From Bellilinea caldifistulae (GTDB lineage: Bacteria > Chloroflexota > Anaerolineae > Anaerolineales > Anaerolineaceae), in contig NZ_LGHJ01000029.1 of the NCBI RefSeq assembly GCF_001306055.1, positions 1 to 32,000 of the forward strand: 32,000 nucleotides of DNA, in the 5' to 3' direction. The position numbers and the translations under genes are program-made. Shown here one piece after another: positions 9,153 through 17,130 of the stretch; positions within the stretch are counted from its first letter, which is position 1; each line of letters starts with the position of its first letter. The notes under the pieces were generated by a model, which did not search any database, had not been told where the DNA came from, and saw only the letters and a program-made list of their open reading frames with translations.

Positions 9153-10678
9153 GATCCCTGCCGTGTTTCAAGAATAATGAAACGATCATTTTGATACACA
9201 ACTGGCAATTTCTCCATCCATTTTGAAAATTTAGAAAGATTACCACGGGGCCAAACGAGGTATTCAATCTGATATGATTCGACAAAGTGGCTAAATTCAC
9301 CTTGACTGATTTCCCCGTCATAAAATTGCTCAAGCCAATCTTGAGTCATATTGGCATAAACCGTCTCAAAAGGATGACCATAGACCACTCGACAATTTGT
9401 ATAAGCCGGTACGAGTAAGCCCAAATCAGCCGGTGTAAGTATCACCGCTTTACGAGGGCAGACCTCCCGGTTCATCCATTCTAAAACGGCAAACTCATCC
9501 CGGCTGAGATAAAGAGGCGACCGATGTTGTGTATAAGCCTGTAACGCGCCAAACAGCAAAAACAGATTTGTAAGCAAAGAAAGCGGTAAAATCAACCAGA
9601 ACCATTTTCGGAATCGGGAGATCCGGTTTTTTGTAATCCTGCCCAACCCAATCAAGGCAAAAATCCCCACAGGAATAAACCAACCCAATAAAAACCGCCT
9701 TTGAAGCGCAAAGGGAAAGTAAGCCAGACCAACCCCGCTGATCAACCACGCTGCGACAAGATTGAGATTCTTGTCACGATCCTGAACAACCCATAATCCA
9801 ATACCAATCAAAGCCAACAAAAGTAGCGGTGCAAACGAGAGCAGAAGTACCCAAAGCGAGGGGGTCGGTGTTTGATTTTGAGCATTCCAATCCCTCAAAA
9901 GAGGATCGGAAAGGATCGCAAAATATTGATAAACCAGCACAATACCGGCCGGTAACAAATAAAACAAAGGTAATTTCCATTGAATCTTTTCGCTCTGAAA
10001 CCACCTGAAAAAATTATAGACCACAATTACCGCAGACCCGACCACAACACCAAAAGGTAAAACGATCGCGAGGATTACCCCCAAAAATGGATCAAACCAT
10101 TTTACCGAACGGTTTTCTTGAATTCCCGAAAAGAACATCAACAATAATCCAACCCCAAAGGGAAAGTGCGGATTGGCTATCATGCTTAAAAAGGGATAGG
10201 CCTCAGCCACCCAAAAATCCATTGTAAAAACACCCAGCGGACCGGCTAACCATCCGAATCCGGAACCAAACAAAATCACAAACAAGAGATAGGAAAACAC
10301 ACTTTGAAGCCACCTGACCTGAATCGTCCGAAGAAACATCTCAATACCGAAACATAAAAAAAACCCTGCTGCAATTCGGGCCAGATGAAAAACGAGTGTG
10401 GGTTGCAACGAGAAAATTCTGGCAATATGTCCAAGAAAGATATAAAACAAGAAAAGAAACGCACCTGCCCCTTCTTGAGAAGTATACGGCAAATGAAATA
10501 ACCATTCTCCACGTAAGCCAATTTGCATCTTCGCCAGATAGCTGAATCCATCAATCGGATTCAACAAAAATCCACTGTAAATATAATGTGCATCCTGGAG
10601 GAGTAAACCTACCAGGAATGGCAACCCACTAAAAATCACAGTAAGGAGGATAATAAATCGAGATATTTTTTGAGGCAT
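9149..10678 (-). CDS. Unassigned ~510-aa polytopic membrane protein, copy A2 (paralog of 5474-7063)
   Basis: The ORF is open to 10738. The start at 10678 (MPQKISRF) was chosen by alignment with A1. Motifs shared with A1: PFLVGLL, IDGFSYLAKMQIGLRGEWLFHLPYT, DPLLRDWNAQN, YFPFALQRRF, PLYLSRDEF, LLVPAYTNCRVVYGHPFE. Confidence 0.6.
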   Translation of the reverse strand: MPQKISRFIILLTVIFSGLPFLVGLLLQDAHYIYSGFLLNPIDGFSYLAKMQIGLRGEWLFHLPYTSQEGAGAFLFLFYIFLGHIARIFSLQPTLVFHLARIAAGFFLCFGIEMFLRTIQVRWLQSVFSYLLFVILFGSGFGWLAGPLGVFTMDFWVAEAYPFLSMIANPHFPFGVGLLLMFFSGIQENRSVKWFDPFLGVILAIVLPFGVVVGSAVIVVYNFFRWFQSEKIQWKLPLFYLLPAGIVLVYQYFAILSDPLLRDWNAQNQTPTPSLWVLLLSFAPLLLLALIGIGLWVVQDRDKNLNLVAAWLISGVGLAYFPFALQRRFLLGWFIPVGIFALIGLGRITKNRISRFRKWFWLILPLSLLTNLFLLFGALQAYTQHRSPLYLSRDEFAVLEWMNREVCPRKAVILTPADLGLLVPAYTNCRVVYGHPFETVYANMTQDWLEQFYDGEISQGEFSHFVESYQIEYLVWPRGNLSKFSKWMEKLPVVYQNDRFIILETRQGS

Positions 10679-10770
10679 AAGGGAATTCGATTTGAAGTAT
10701 ACTTGAGAAGAAATGTACCTGCAATTGAAAATGGACATCCTAATCCGAAACCAGCATCACGCATAAACTT

Positions 10771-11472
10771 ATGAGTCAATCCTTTCACTTGTTTCAATTA
10801 CAAAAAGTGGATACACGGCTGGATCAAATTCAGCAGCGTATCAACTCAATCCTGCAGGAAATTGAGAATGACGCCCGCTTAAAAACGGCTCAAGAACAAC
10901 ATCGTCGGGCTTTGGAAAAATTCAACCAAATTCAACGGGAATTAAAAAAAATTGAACACGAAGTTGAAATCCGTCGGTTGAAACTAGAACAAAGCGAAGC
11001 CAATCTATATTCCGGGAGGATAAAAGTCCCAAAGGAATTACAAGATTTACAAAACGAAGTCGCGTCCTTAAAACGCAGTATTACCACTCTGGAAGATCAG
11101 CAGATTGAGATCATGATTCAGCTGGAAGAGGCAAAAAACGAATTTGACCAACTTCAACAGGCACTCTTGCAGGTTGAAGCTGAAGTCGCTCAAAGCCACG
11201 CCGGCTTAATTGGCGAAAAAACCCGACTCGAAAACGACCAGCAAAGGTTATTAACCGAAAAACAGGTAATCCTTTCCCAAATCTCCCCCGCCACACTTGC
11301 CGAATACGAAAAACTCCGCGAAAAAAAACAAGGTATTGCTGTAGCATCTGTGGAAGACTCTTCCTGCAGCGCTTGTGGGGCAGGCCTTACCCCTGCGCAA
11401 TGTCAGGCCGCTCGATCCCCCTCCACCATATTTTACTGCCCTTCTTGCGGCAGAATCATCTACGCAGGATAA
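10771..11472 (+). CDS. COG1579/DUF164-type coiled-coil protein with C-terminal C4 zinc ribbon (HP0958-like)
   Basis: 233 aa. About 190 aa of heptad-rich Q/E/L/K sequence, then CSAC...x20...CPSC (nt about 11365-11448). Confidence 0.8.
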   Translation: MSQSFHLFQLQKVDTRLDQIQQRINSILQEIENDARLKTAQEQHRRALEKFNQIQRELKKIEHEVEIRRLKLEQSEANLYSGRIKVPKELQDLQNEVASLKRSITTLEDQQIEIMIQLEEAKNEFDQLQQALLQVEAEVAQSHAGLIGEKTRLENDQQRLLTEKQVILSQISPATLAEYEKLREKKQGIAVASVEDSSCSACGAGLTPAQCQAARSPSTIFYCPSCGRIIYAG

Positions 11473-11478
11473 ACCATT

Positions 11479-13965
11479 ATGTTTGGTTTAGATAACTTCG
11501 CACTGGATCGGCTTTCCTTCTGGTTGGGTTTCATTGGCGGTACGCTTTTCTGGTTGTTACTCAACCGGCTGTGGAAAGGATTACCGTTTATTCGCCAGAC
11601 CGTTCAGCAGATCATCGAAGCCAATCGAAGAAAAACCATGTCTGGCGTAGAAAGTGCACTCAGGCAGGATGCCCTCCGCAGAGCTCAACGAAATCATCTG
11701 AGCGCTTCTTTGTTTTCGCTGGACGAGATTGTTGTTGAACCCCACCTACTGGCACCACCTCCTCAAGCCGACCCACAAACTACCCTGTCGGTCGAACGGT
11801 ATGCCTTTCATGTGATGCCATATTTGCCTGAATTTCCAGAATTTGCCACCCGACTCGGCTGGCCACGTTTGACCATTTTCGAAGCTCTGCAGGGAGGCAC
11901 TCATCTAGCTCTGCTTGGCGAAGCCGGCTCTGGTAAATCAACCGCGCTGGCATTTATCACCTCCTTGATTGCTCGCCAAGACCAGAAAGCGGCTCATTGG
12001 GGAGAGTATTTTCCAGTTTATCTTCACATTCTTGACCTTGAGTTCCAAACTTCAAACCAGAAAGACTTACTTGATCCTATCATCAAATCTCTTTCCGCGT
12101 CCGCACCAGTAACTTCTCTACCTCAAATTCCAGGGTTTATTCGCAGCGTGTTCAAGAATGGAAAAGTGATTTGTGTGTTCGATGGTCTTGATGAATTAAA
12201 CAAAGAGCAATTTCTCAACGTTCAATCTTACCTGAGCGAACTGATCTCTCAGTATCCATCCATCCGCATTATTACAGCAGTAAACCATCAATACCTCGAT
12301 GGCTTGGGTCGGCTTTCCTTTGAACCTTTTGTTTTAGCCGGGTGGACCAAGGACGAGTTGACCAATTTTATCAATCGCTGGGGGGTATTGTGGAACAATC
12401 TAATTGGGATTGCCGCCTCTCAACAACAAAAACTGGAAATTTTAGATAACCTTCTGGTCACCAACTGGCTCGGTTATGATCCGCTTTACTGTACACCTTT
12501 GGAATGGACGCTTAAGGTTTGGGGAGCATTCGCCGGTGATTTGCAAGGGGCTGAAGAATTTACCACCCTATCAGCGCATCTCAGCCGGGTGACTCACTAT
12601 CGAGTTCCCCTCGCAGCGATGAGTGTTCTCGCAAATGCAATGATCCGAGACCAATCTCCCACTATTGAATATTCGGATGCAGAAAAAGCCCTTTCTGAAT
12701 TCCGTTTGGATAAAGACGAAGAGGCCAGACTGATTGAAGAGGAAAAAACAACCAATCCATCCTCTTTACAGAAAGAAATGGGAGCAAAGTCTGTGACCTC
12801 CGGCAACCGAATATTATCGATTCTGCTCGAAGCAGGAATCCTTGCAGAACATCAAGGAGACCGTTTAAGATTTTTCTCACCGGTTTGGACGGGTTACCTT
12901 GCAGCTACTCAACCTCCATCCCATCCAATCGTTCCACCCATGCGGCTGTACTCGTCATTGGATGATGCGTACTACCATTACTTGACGATCTTACAACCGG
13001 ACAACTGGCTGGATGCTTACCTGCAAAGAGATGAATCCCCCTTCTATACCAATCTGATCAACGGTCTGCGTTGGATTAAAGACACGCCATCCAACCATCC
13101 CGCTCGATCGCTGGTATTGAGAAAATGTATATCCTTCCTCCAGAATGAGATGATGCCGTACTCCTTGCGAGCCCGTGTTTTAGCCGGTTGTGTTTCCTCA
13201 AACGATACGGCTCTAACCCTGCTTTTCAAACAATTTCTCGCCAGTGCTTCCTCGACAATGCGAACCCTGGCTGCCTTAGGATGCGGCGCTCTGCAGGACA
13301 CCAAAACCATTCCTAATCTAATTTCACTGCTCAATGATGAACATCCTGAAACCCGAATGGCCGCCTGTTTTGCACTGGCGTGTTTTGATAACCCAGATGC
13401 AGAGAAAGCAATTCTCAACTGTATTCATTTTGCGGAAGAATCCTTGCGTCTGGCAGCAGCGGAAACATTGACTATGAATGTTCGTAAGGGGCACGCCCGC
13501 CTCAAAGAATTAACTGAATCAGAAGATTTGCTGGTAAGAAGATCTGCTGTGTTTGGTTTTTCTCTAATTCAGGAGGAATGGGTAGTGGATTTATTGGAAA
13601 AGATGGCCGTGGAAGACAGCCAATGGGTTGTTCGTAACGCCGCTGGTCAGGCTTTGGAAAACCGCCAAAAAGCCAATCCCTTCATTCCGCCGCGTCAAAA
13701 AGAACCCGCTGATACTGCCTGGTTGATTGCGTTTGCCGCCAAAAGAGGGGTAGGCATTTCCAAAGGGGATACAGCCATTCCCTTACTTCTGGATGTTTTA
13801 GCAAGTGGTACGGATGAAGAAAAAATTGCTGCCTTGTGGTTTTTACGGCATCACCGCCAGAATTCGGTGATTTCTCAACTTTATCCGTTATTATATTCTC
13901 CACAAATTGAGTTGAGAGACACCGCCAATTATGCCCTCTGGTTTATGTCCATATGTGATAACTGA
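11479..13965 (+). CDS. STAND NTPase: N-terminal TM helix + NACHT domain + C-terminal HEAT repeats
   Basis: 828 aa. Hydrophobic helix LSFWLGFIGGTLFWLLL (nt about 11512-11568). Walker A GEAGSGKST (11917-11943). NACHT-type Walker B VFDGLDEL (about 12175-12198), followed by IRIITAVN. The C-terminal ~230 aa has repeated HEAT/PBS-lyase-like units (ETRMAACFALACF, LRLAAAETL, LLVRRSAVFGFS, WVVRNAAGQAL). Starts 6 nt after the upstream stop. Confidence 0.75.
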   Translation: MFGLDNFALDRLSFWLGFIGGTLFWLLLNRLWKGLPFIRQTVQQIIEANRRKTMSGVESALRQDALRRAQRNHLSASLFSLDEIVVEPHLLAPPPQADPQTTLSVERYAFHVMPYLPEFPEFATRLGWPRLTIFEALQGGTHLALLGEAGSGKSTALAFITSLIARQDQKAAHWGEYFPVYLHILDLEFQTSNQKDLLDPIIKSLSASAPVTSLPQIPGFIRSVFKNGKVICVFDGLDELNKEQFLNVQSYLSELISQYPSIRIITAVNHQYLDGLGRLSFEPFVLAGWTKDELTNFINRWGVLWNNLIGIAASQQQKLEILDNLLVTNWLGYDPLYCTPLEWTLKVWGAFAGDLQGAEEFTTLSAHLSRVTHYRVPLAAMSVLANAMIRDQSPTIEYSDAEKALSEFRLDKDEEARLIEEEKTTNPSSLQKEMGAKSVTSGNRILSILLEAGILAEHQGDRLRFFSPVWTGYLAATQPPSHPIVPPMRLYSSLDDAYYHYLTILQPDNWLDAYLQRDESPFYTNLINGLRWIKDTPSNHPARSLVLRKCISFLQNEMMPYSLRARVLAGCVSSNDTALTLLFKQFLASASSTMRTLAALGCGALQDTKTIPNLISLLNDEHPETRMAACFALACFDNPDAEKAILNCIHFAEESLRLAAAETLTMNVRKGHARLKELTESEDLLVRRSAVFGFSLIQEEWVVDLLEKMAVEDSQWVVRNAAGQALENRQKANPFIPPRQKEPADTAWLIAFAAKRGVGISKGDTAIPLLLDVLASGTDEEKIAALWFLRHHRQNSVISQLYPLLYSPQIELRDTANYALWFMSICDN

Positions 13966-13971
13966 GCCGTT

Positions 13972-14295
13972 TTAAGAAGGAATTTTTACCAATCTCCCAA
14001 TAATTTGCTGAACCTGATCCACGCTCACACCGATGATGCTGATTAATTTATGGGAGGTATTTTTTCCGCTAATGATTTCAAAACGATTCGAGGGTACGTC
14101 GAAAAGATTGGACAAAAACTTTATCAGATCTGCATCAACGGCCGGATCCTCTTTGGGATTTACCAATCCAATTTGCAAAGTTCCATCCGGCAGCACTTTT
14201 TCAACCTTATTGACCTTTGCATTTAGATGCAAACTCACCGTGATAGCCGAACCGGATTTTGCATCATGAAAGCGGTTGTTTTTTGAATTCGTCAT
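13972..14295 (-). CDS. DUF167 (YggU-like) family protein
   Basis: 107 aa. Pattern LHLNAKV..LQIGLVNPKED..ADLIKFLSNLFDVPSNRFEIISGKNTSHKLISIIG matches the YggU/DUF167 layout. Sits directly downstream of yggT. Confidence 0.7.
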   Translation of the reverse strand: MTNSKNNRFHDAKSGSAITVSLHLNAKVNKVEKVLPDGTLQIGLVNPKEDPAVDADLIKFLSNLFDVPSNRFEIISGKNTSHKLISIIGVSVDQVQQIIGRLVKIPS

Positions 14296-14299
14296 TGCT

Positions 14300-14563
14300 C
14301 TACCTGAGTGAAGCCAATAGAGAGATTAACAAGGTCTGAACGACTTGAATTAAAATAATCAGAATTAAAGGACTGAAATCAATCATCCCCACTGGAGGCA
14401 CTACCCTGCGAATCGGGCTGAGGAGTGGTTCGACAATACGATCCAGATTGGCACGAATGGGATGGTAAGGCGACATAAAGTAGGACAGCACCACGCTGAC
14501 AATCACCACGATAAATAACACACTTCCGATTGCTTGAATTAATGTGATTAATAGATCAATCAT
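14300..14563 (-). CDS. yggT: YggT-family small integral membrane protein
   Basis: 87 aa with two TM helices and a central RIVEPLLSPIRRVVPPVGMIDFSPL motif typical of YggT/YlmG. Sits between yggS and DUF167. Confidence 0.8.
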   Translation of the reverse strand: MIDLLITLIQAIGSVLFIVVIVSVVLSYFMSPYHPIRANLDRIVEPLLSPIRRVVPPVGMIDFSPLILIILIQVVQTLLISLLASLR

Positions 14564-14566
14564 CGT

Positions 14567-15313
14567 TCAATCCTTTGAATAATCTCTTGGCCCCAAAATT
14601 GCCTGACCTATTCTTACGATGGTAGCCCCTTCCATGATTGCAGCCGGAAAATCGGCACTGGTTCCCATTGATAATTCAGTCAGTTTTAATTTTGGCAATC
14701 TTTCCTGTAAAAAATCACGCATTTGACGCAGTTTACGGAAATAACCCTGCGCCTCTTGTAAGGTAGCAGTTAGGGGGGGCATTGTCATTAAACCGCAAAT
14801 CTGAAGATGCGGAAATTGCTGAATTTGGTCAATTTCGGGAATCAATTCAGACCAGTAGTCGGGGTCACTGGCCAACCAGCCATATTTGGAAACTTCACCC
14901 CCAACATTAAACTCCAATAACACCTTCAGGAATCTGTTTTGTTCTGCAAGAAGTCGTTCCAGTTTTTCCGCAATCCGCAGACTGTCTAAAGAATGCATCC
15001 AATCAAAATAAGCCGAAACCAGTTTCGCTTTTCGGCTTTGCAGGTGACCAATCATGTGCCATTCGATCCCCTCCACATCTCGAAAAGCGTGGATCTTCTC
15101 CATTGCTTCTTCTGGATAATTTTCACCAAAACTACGGATGCCGGCATTGATGGCAGATTCTACTACTTTCAATGGCTGGCTCTTGGAAACAACCACAATC
15201 CGAATTTCTTCCGGTTTTCGGCCGCATTTCAAAGCCGTGTGTTGGATTTCTTCCTGCACACGCAGATAATTACTTCGAATTTCCTCAACACTCAATGGCA
15301 TCTTGCCAGACAA
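14567..15313 (-). CDS. yggS: YggS/YlmE-family pyridoxal-phosphate homeostasis protein
   Basis: 248 aa. VVSKSQP (PLP lysine context), FGENYPEE, HMIGHLQSRK, SMGTSADF motifs. Confidence 0.9.
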   Translation of the reverse strand: MSGKMPLSVEEIRSNYLRVQEEIQHTALKCGRKPEEIRIVVVSKSQPLKVVESAINAGIRSFGENYPEEAMEKIHAFRDVEGIEWHMIGHLQSRKAKLVSAYFDWMHSLDSLRIAEKLERLLAEQNRFLKVLLEFNVGGEVSKYGWLASDPDYWSELIPEIDQIQQFPHLQICGLMTMPPLTATLQEAQGYFRKLRQMRDFLQERLPKLKLTELSMGTSADFPAAIMEGATIVRIGQAILGPRDYSKD

Positions 15314-15317
15314 TCCT

Positions 15318-16103
15318 TCATGATGGTCGTAATTTGATTAATGCAGCAAACCGGCCGGTTTTTCCCTGTTCGGCACGATGAGAAAACCATCGTTTCAAAT
15401 CACAGGCGGTGCATTGCTGCGCAATTTGAATGGATTTTACCCCAACTTCCCTCAAAAGAATTTCATTTGCTCTCCACAAATCAAAATGAATATCTCCATT
15501 GGCAGCCTGAAGAACTTCACCCACTTTATTGCCAAAAGTTTCTGCAACCTCTCTGGCAACATCCTCCTTGATGATGTAATGGTCAACGCCGATGGAAGGC
15601 CCGATCCCCGCCAGAATATCGGCCGGTTTGGATTGAAAACTTTCCTGCATAAACTGCACAGTCTTGGATGTGATTTTCTGAACCGTACCCTTCCATCCGG
15701 CATGGATCAAACCGATTGCCCGATGAACGGGATCAAACAATAAAATCGGGACACAATCCGCGAACCGCATCAACAAAGTAACGGAAGGATTATTGGTCAC
15801 GATCGCATCTGCCTTTTCATGAGGGTGATCCAGGGGGCGAGGCTTATCCGAATACAATACCATGTCAGAGTGAATCTGCCATACATCAAAAATTGAAGTA
15901 ACTTCTATCCCCAATGCTTCAAAGATGCGTCGGCGGTTTTCAATCACATTCTCACGGCTATCACCCACCGTCCCCCCCAAATTGAGAGAATCCCAGGGCA
16001 TTGGGCTTACCCCTCCCTTTCGGGTAAATACAGCCTGAACAACCTCATCCCCCAGCAAATCAAATTTGAAAAACTCTAAGCCGTTGATCTCAACAAATGG
16101 CAT
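15318..16103 (-). CDS. pgeF: Peptidoglycan editing factor PgeF (YfiH/YlmD, DUF152 laccase-domain protein)
   Basis: 261 aa. QIHSDMV, ADCVPILL, HAGWKGT and C-terminal CTACDLKRWFSHRAE motifs. Confidence 0.9.
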   Translation of the reverse strand: MPFVEINGLEFFKFDLLGDEVVQAVFTRKGGVSPMPWDSLNLGGTVGDSRENVIENRRRIFEALGIEVTSIFDVWQIHSDMVLYSDKPRPLDHPHEKADAIVTNNPSVTLLMRFADCVPILLFDPVHRAIGLIHAGWKGTVQKITSKTVQFMQESFQSKPADILAGIGPSIGVDHYIIKEDVAREVAETFGNKVGEVLQAANGDIHFDLWRANEILLREVGVKSIQIAQQCTACDLKRWFSHRAEQGKTGRFAALIKLRPS

Positions 16104-16110
16104 AATACCG

Positions 16111-17130
16111 CTACCCTTGTGATTGAATTTGAGAAACTACAGTTTGTTTTTGGGTCAACAATGCCCTTGTTTCACGCATACTTTCTTCAATCATCGGGAA
16201 GAGATACCAGCCAGTCGTACCCCCAAACAGAACCCCCGTAATCGTTCGTAAAATTGGATTGCTCTCCCGCAACACCGGTAATTCAGACAAAAAAGACAGC
16301 AGGCTGGGTAATTGCGAAAAGCCGTCAATACCAATTGGCACCAAGCCAAAAATGATCCAGAGATACCAGGGCAACGACTTGATCTTCCTACCGGTGAGAG
16401 AAAAAATCAACCCAAAGGCCAGTAAAGAACCATAAATTGCAACATCGCGTTGACAAAGGGCAACTTTATAACCAATCCTTCCAGCCCCATAACCAATTTC
16501 CTCCATTCCCGTAAATTGACGGGCAAACGCCAGATCCGCCGGGGATACATTGAACAGTTGCTCATAGGTGGCCATATTCTGCACTTCGGCGAGACTACGC
16601 GGATAGTAAGGCTGCATTCCAAAAAGGAACCAGGATCGAAAAGTCAATTGATGACACAAGGGACTGTAAATTGTGTAAAGCACCTTAGCAGGAGCAGTTA
16701 GCCCATTCAATGCCAGCACTGGGGCAAAAAACGGCAGCCCAACATACAGGAAAATAAACAAATTAATTAAAAGCATATAACGATGGCTCAACCATAACGA
16801 TATTCGATCAGCCGAACTGACTTTTCTGCCCCGCTGTATGCGTTTTGAGTAGCTTTCATCACCCACTGCATTCAGATGTCTGGCGCGATCCAGCGCTGCC
16901 CCTAAGGTTACACGCAACCGTTGTTCATCAAAGGGAGAACCGAGTCGGTACGGCCCAACCTGGACAACCGGCGCATCTTTTCCATACGCCTCCTTTAACC
17001 CCTCATCCTGATCAATGATTACCACCGCCAACTTGTGTGGATAATCATTGCTCAACCGATGAAGCATCTCCACAACTCTTTCTGCGGCTGGGTCGTCTTG
17101 CCTTACAAATACGGTCACCACCATCATCAT
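16111..17130 (-). CDS. Fusion protein: N-terminal glutaredoxin-like domain lacking CxxC + DUF2085 integral membrane domain
   Basis: 339 aa. Residues about 5-95 follow a Grx/DUF836-like pattern (VTVFVRQDDPAAE..VVIIDQDEGLKEAYGKDAPVVQVG) with DPAA where CPxC is expected. The membrane part carries SPLCHQLTFRSWF and ALCQRD plus IGIDGFSQ and ESNPILRTITG, as in DUF2085. Its start overlaps the tlpA-like stop (4 nt). Confidence 0.65.
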   Translation of the reverse strand: MMMVVTVFVRQDDPAAERVVEMLHRLSNDYPHKLAVVIIDQDEGLKEAYGKDAPVVQVGPYRLGSPFDEQRLRVTLGAALDRARHLNAVGDESYSKRIQRGRKVSSADRISLWLSHRYMLLINLFIFLYVGLPFFAPVLALNGLTAPAKVLYTIYSPLCHQLTFRSWFLFGMQPYYPRSLAEVQNMATYEQLFNVSPADLAFARQFTGMEEIGYGAGRIGYKVALCQRDVAIYGSLLAFGLIFSLTGRKIKSLPWYLWIIFGLVPIGIDGFSQLPSLLSFLSELPVLRESNPILRTITGVLFGGTTGWYLFPMIEESMRETRALLTQKQTVVSQIQSQG

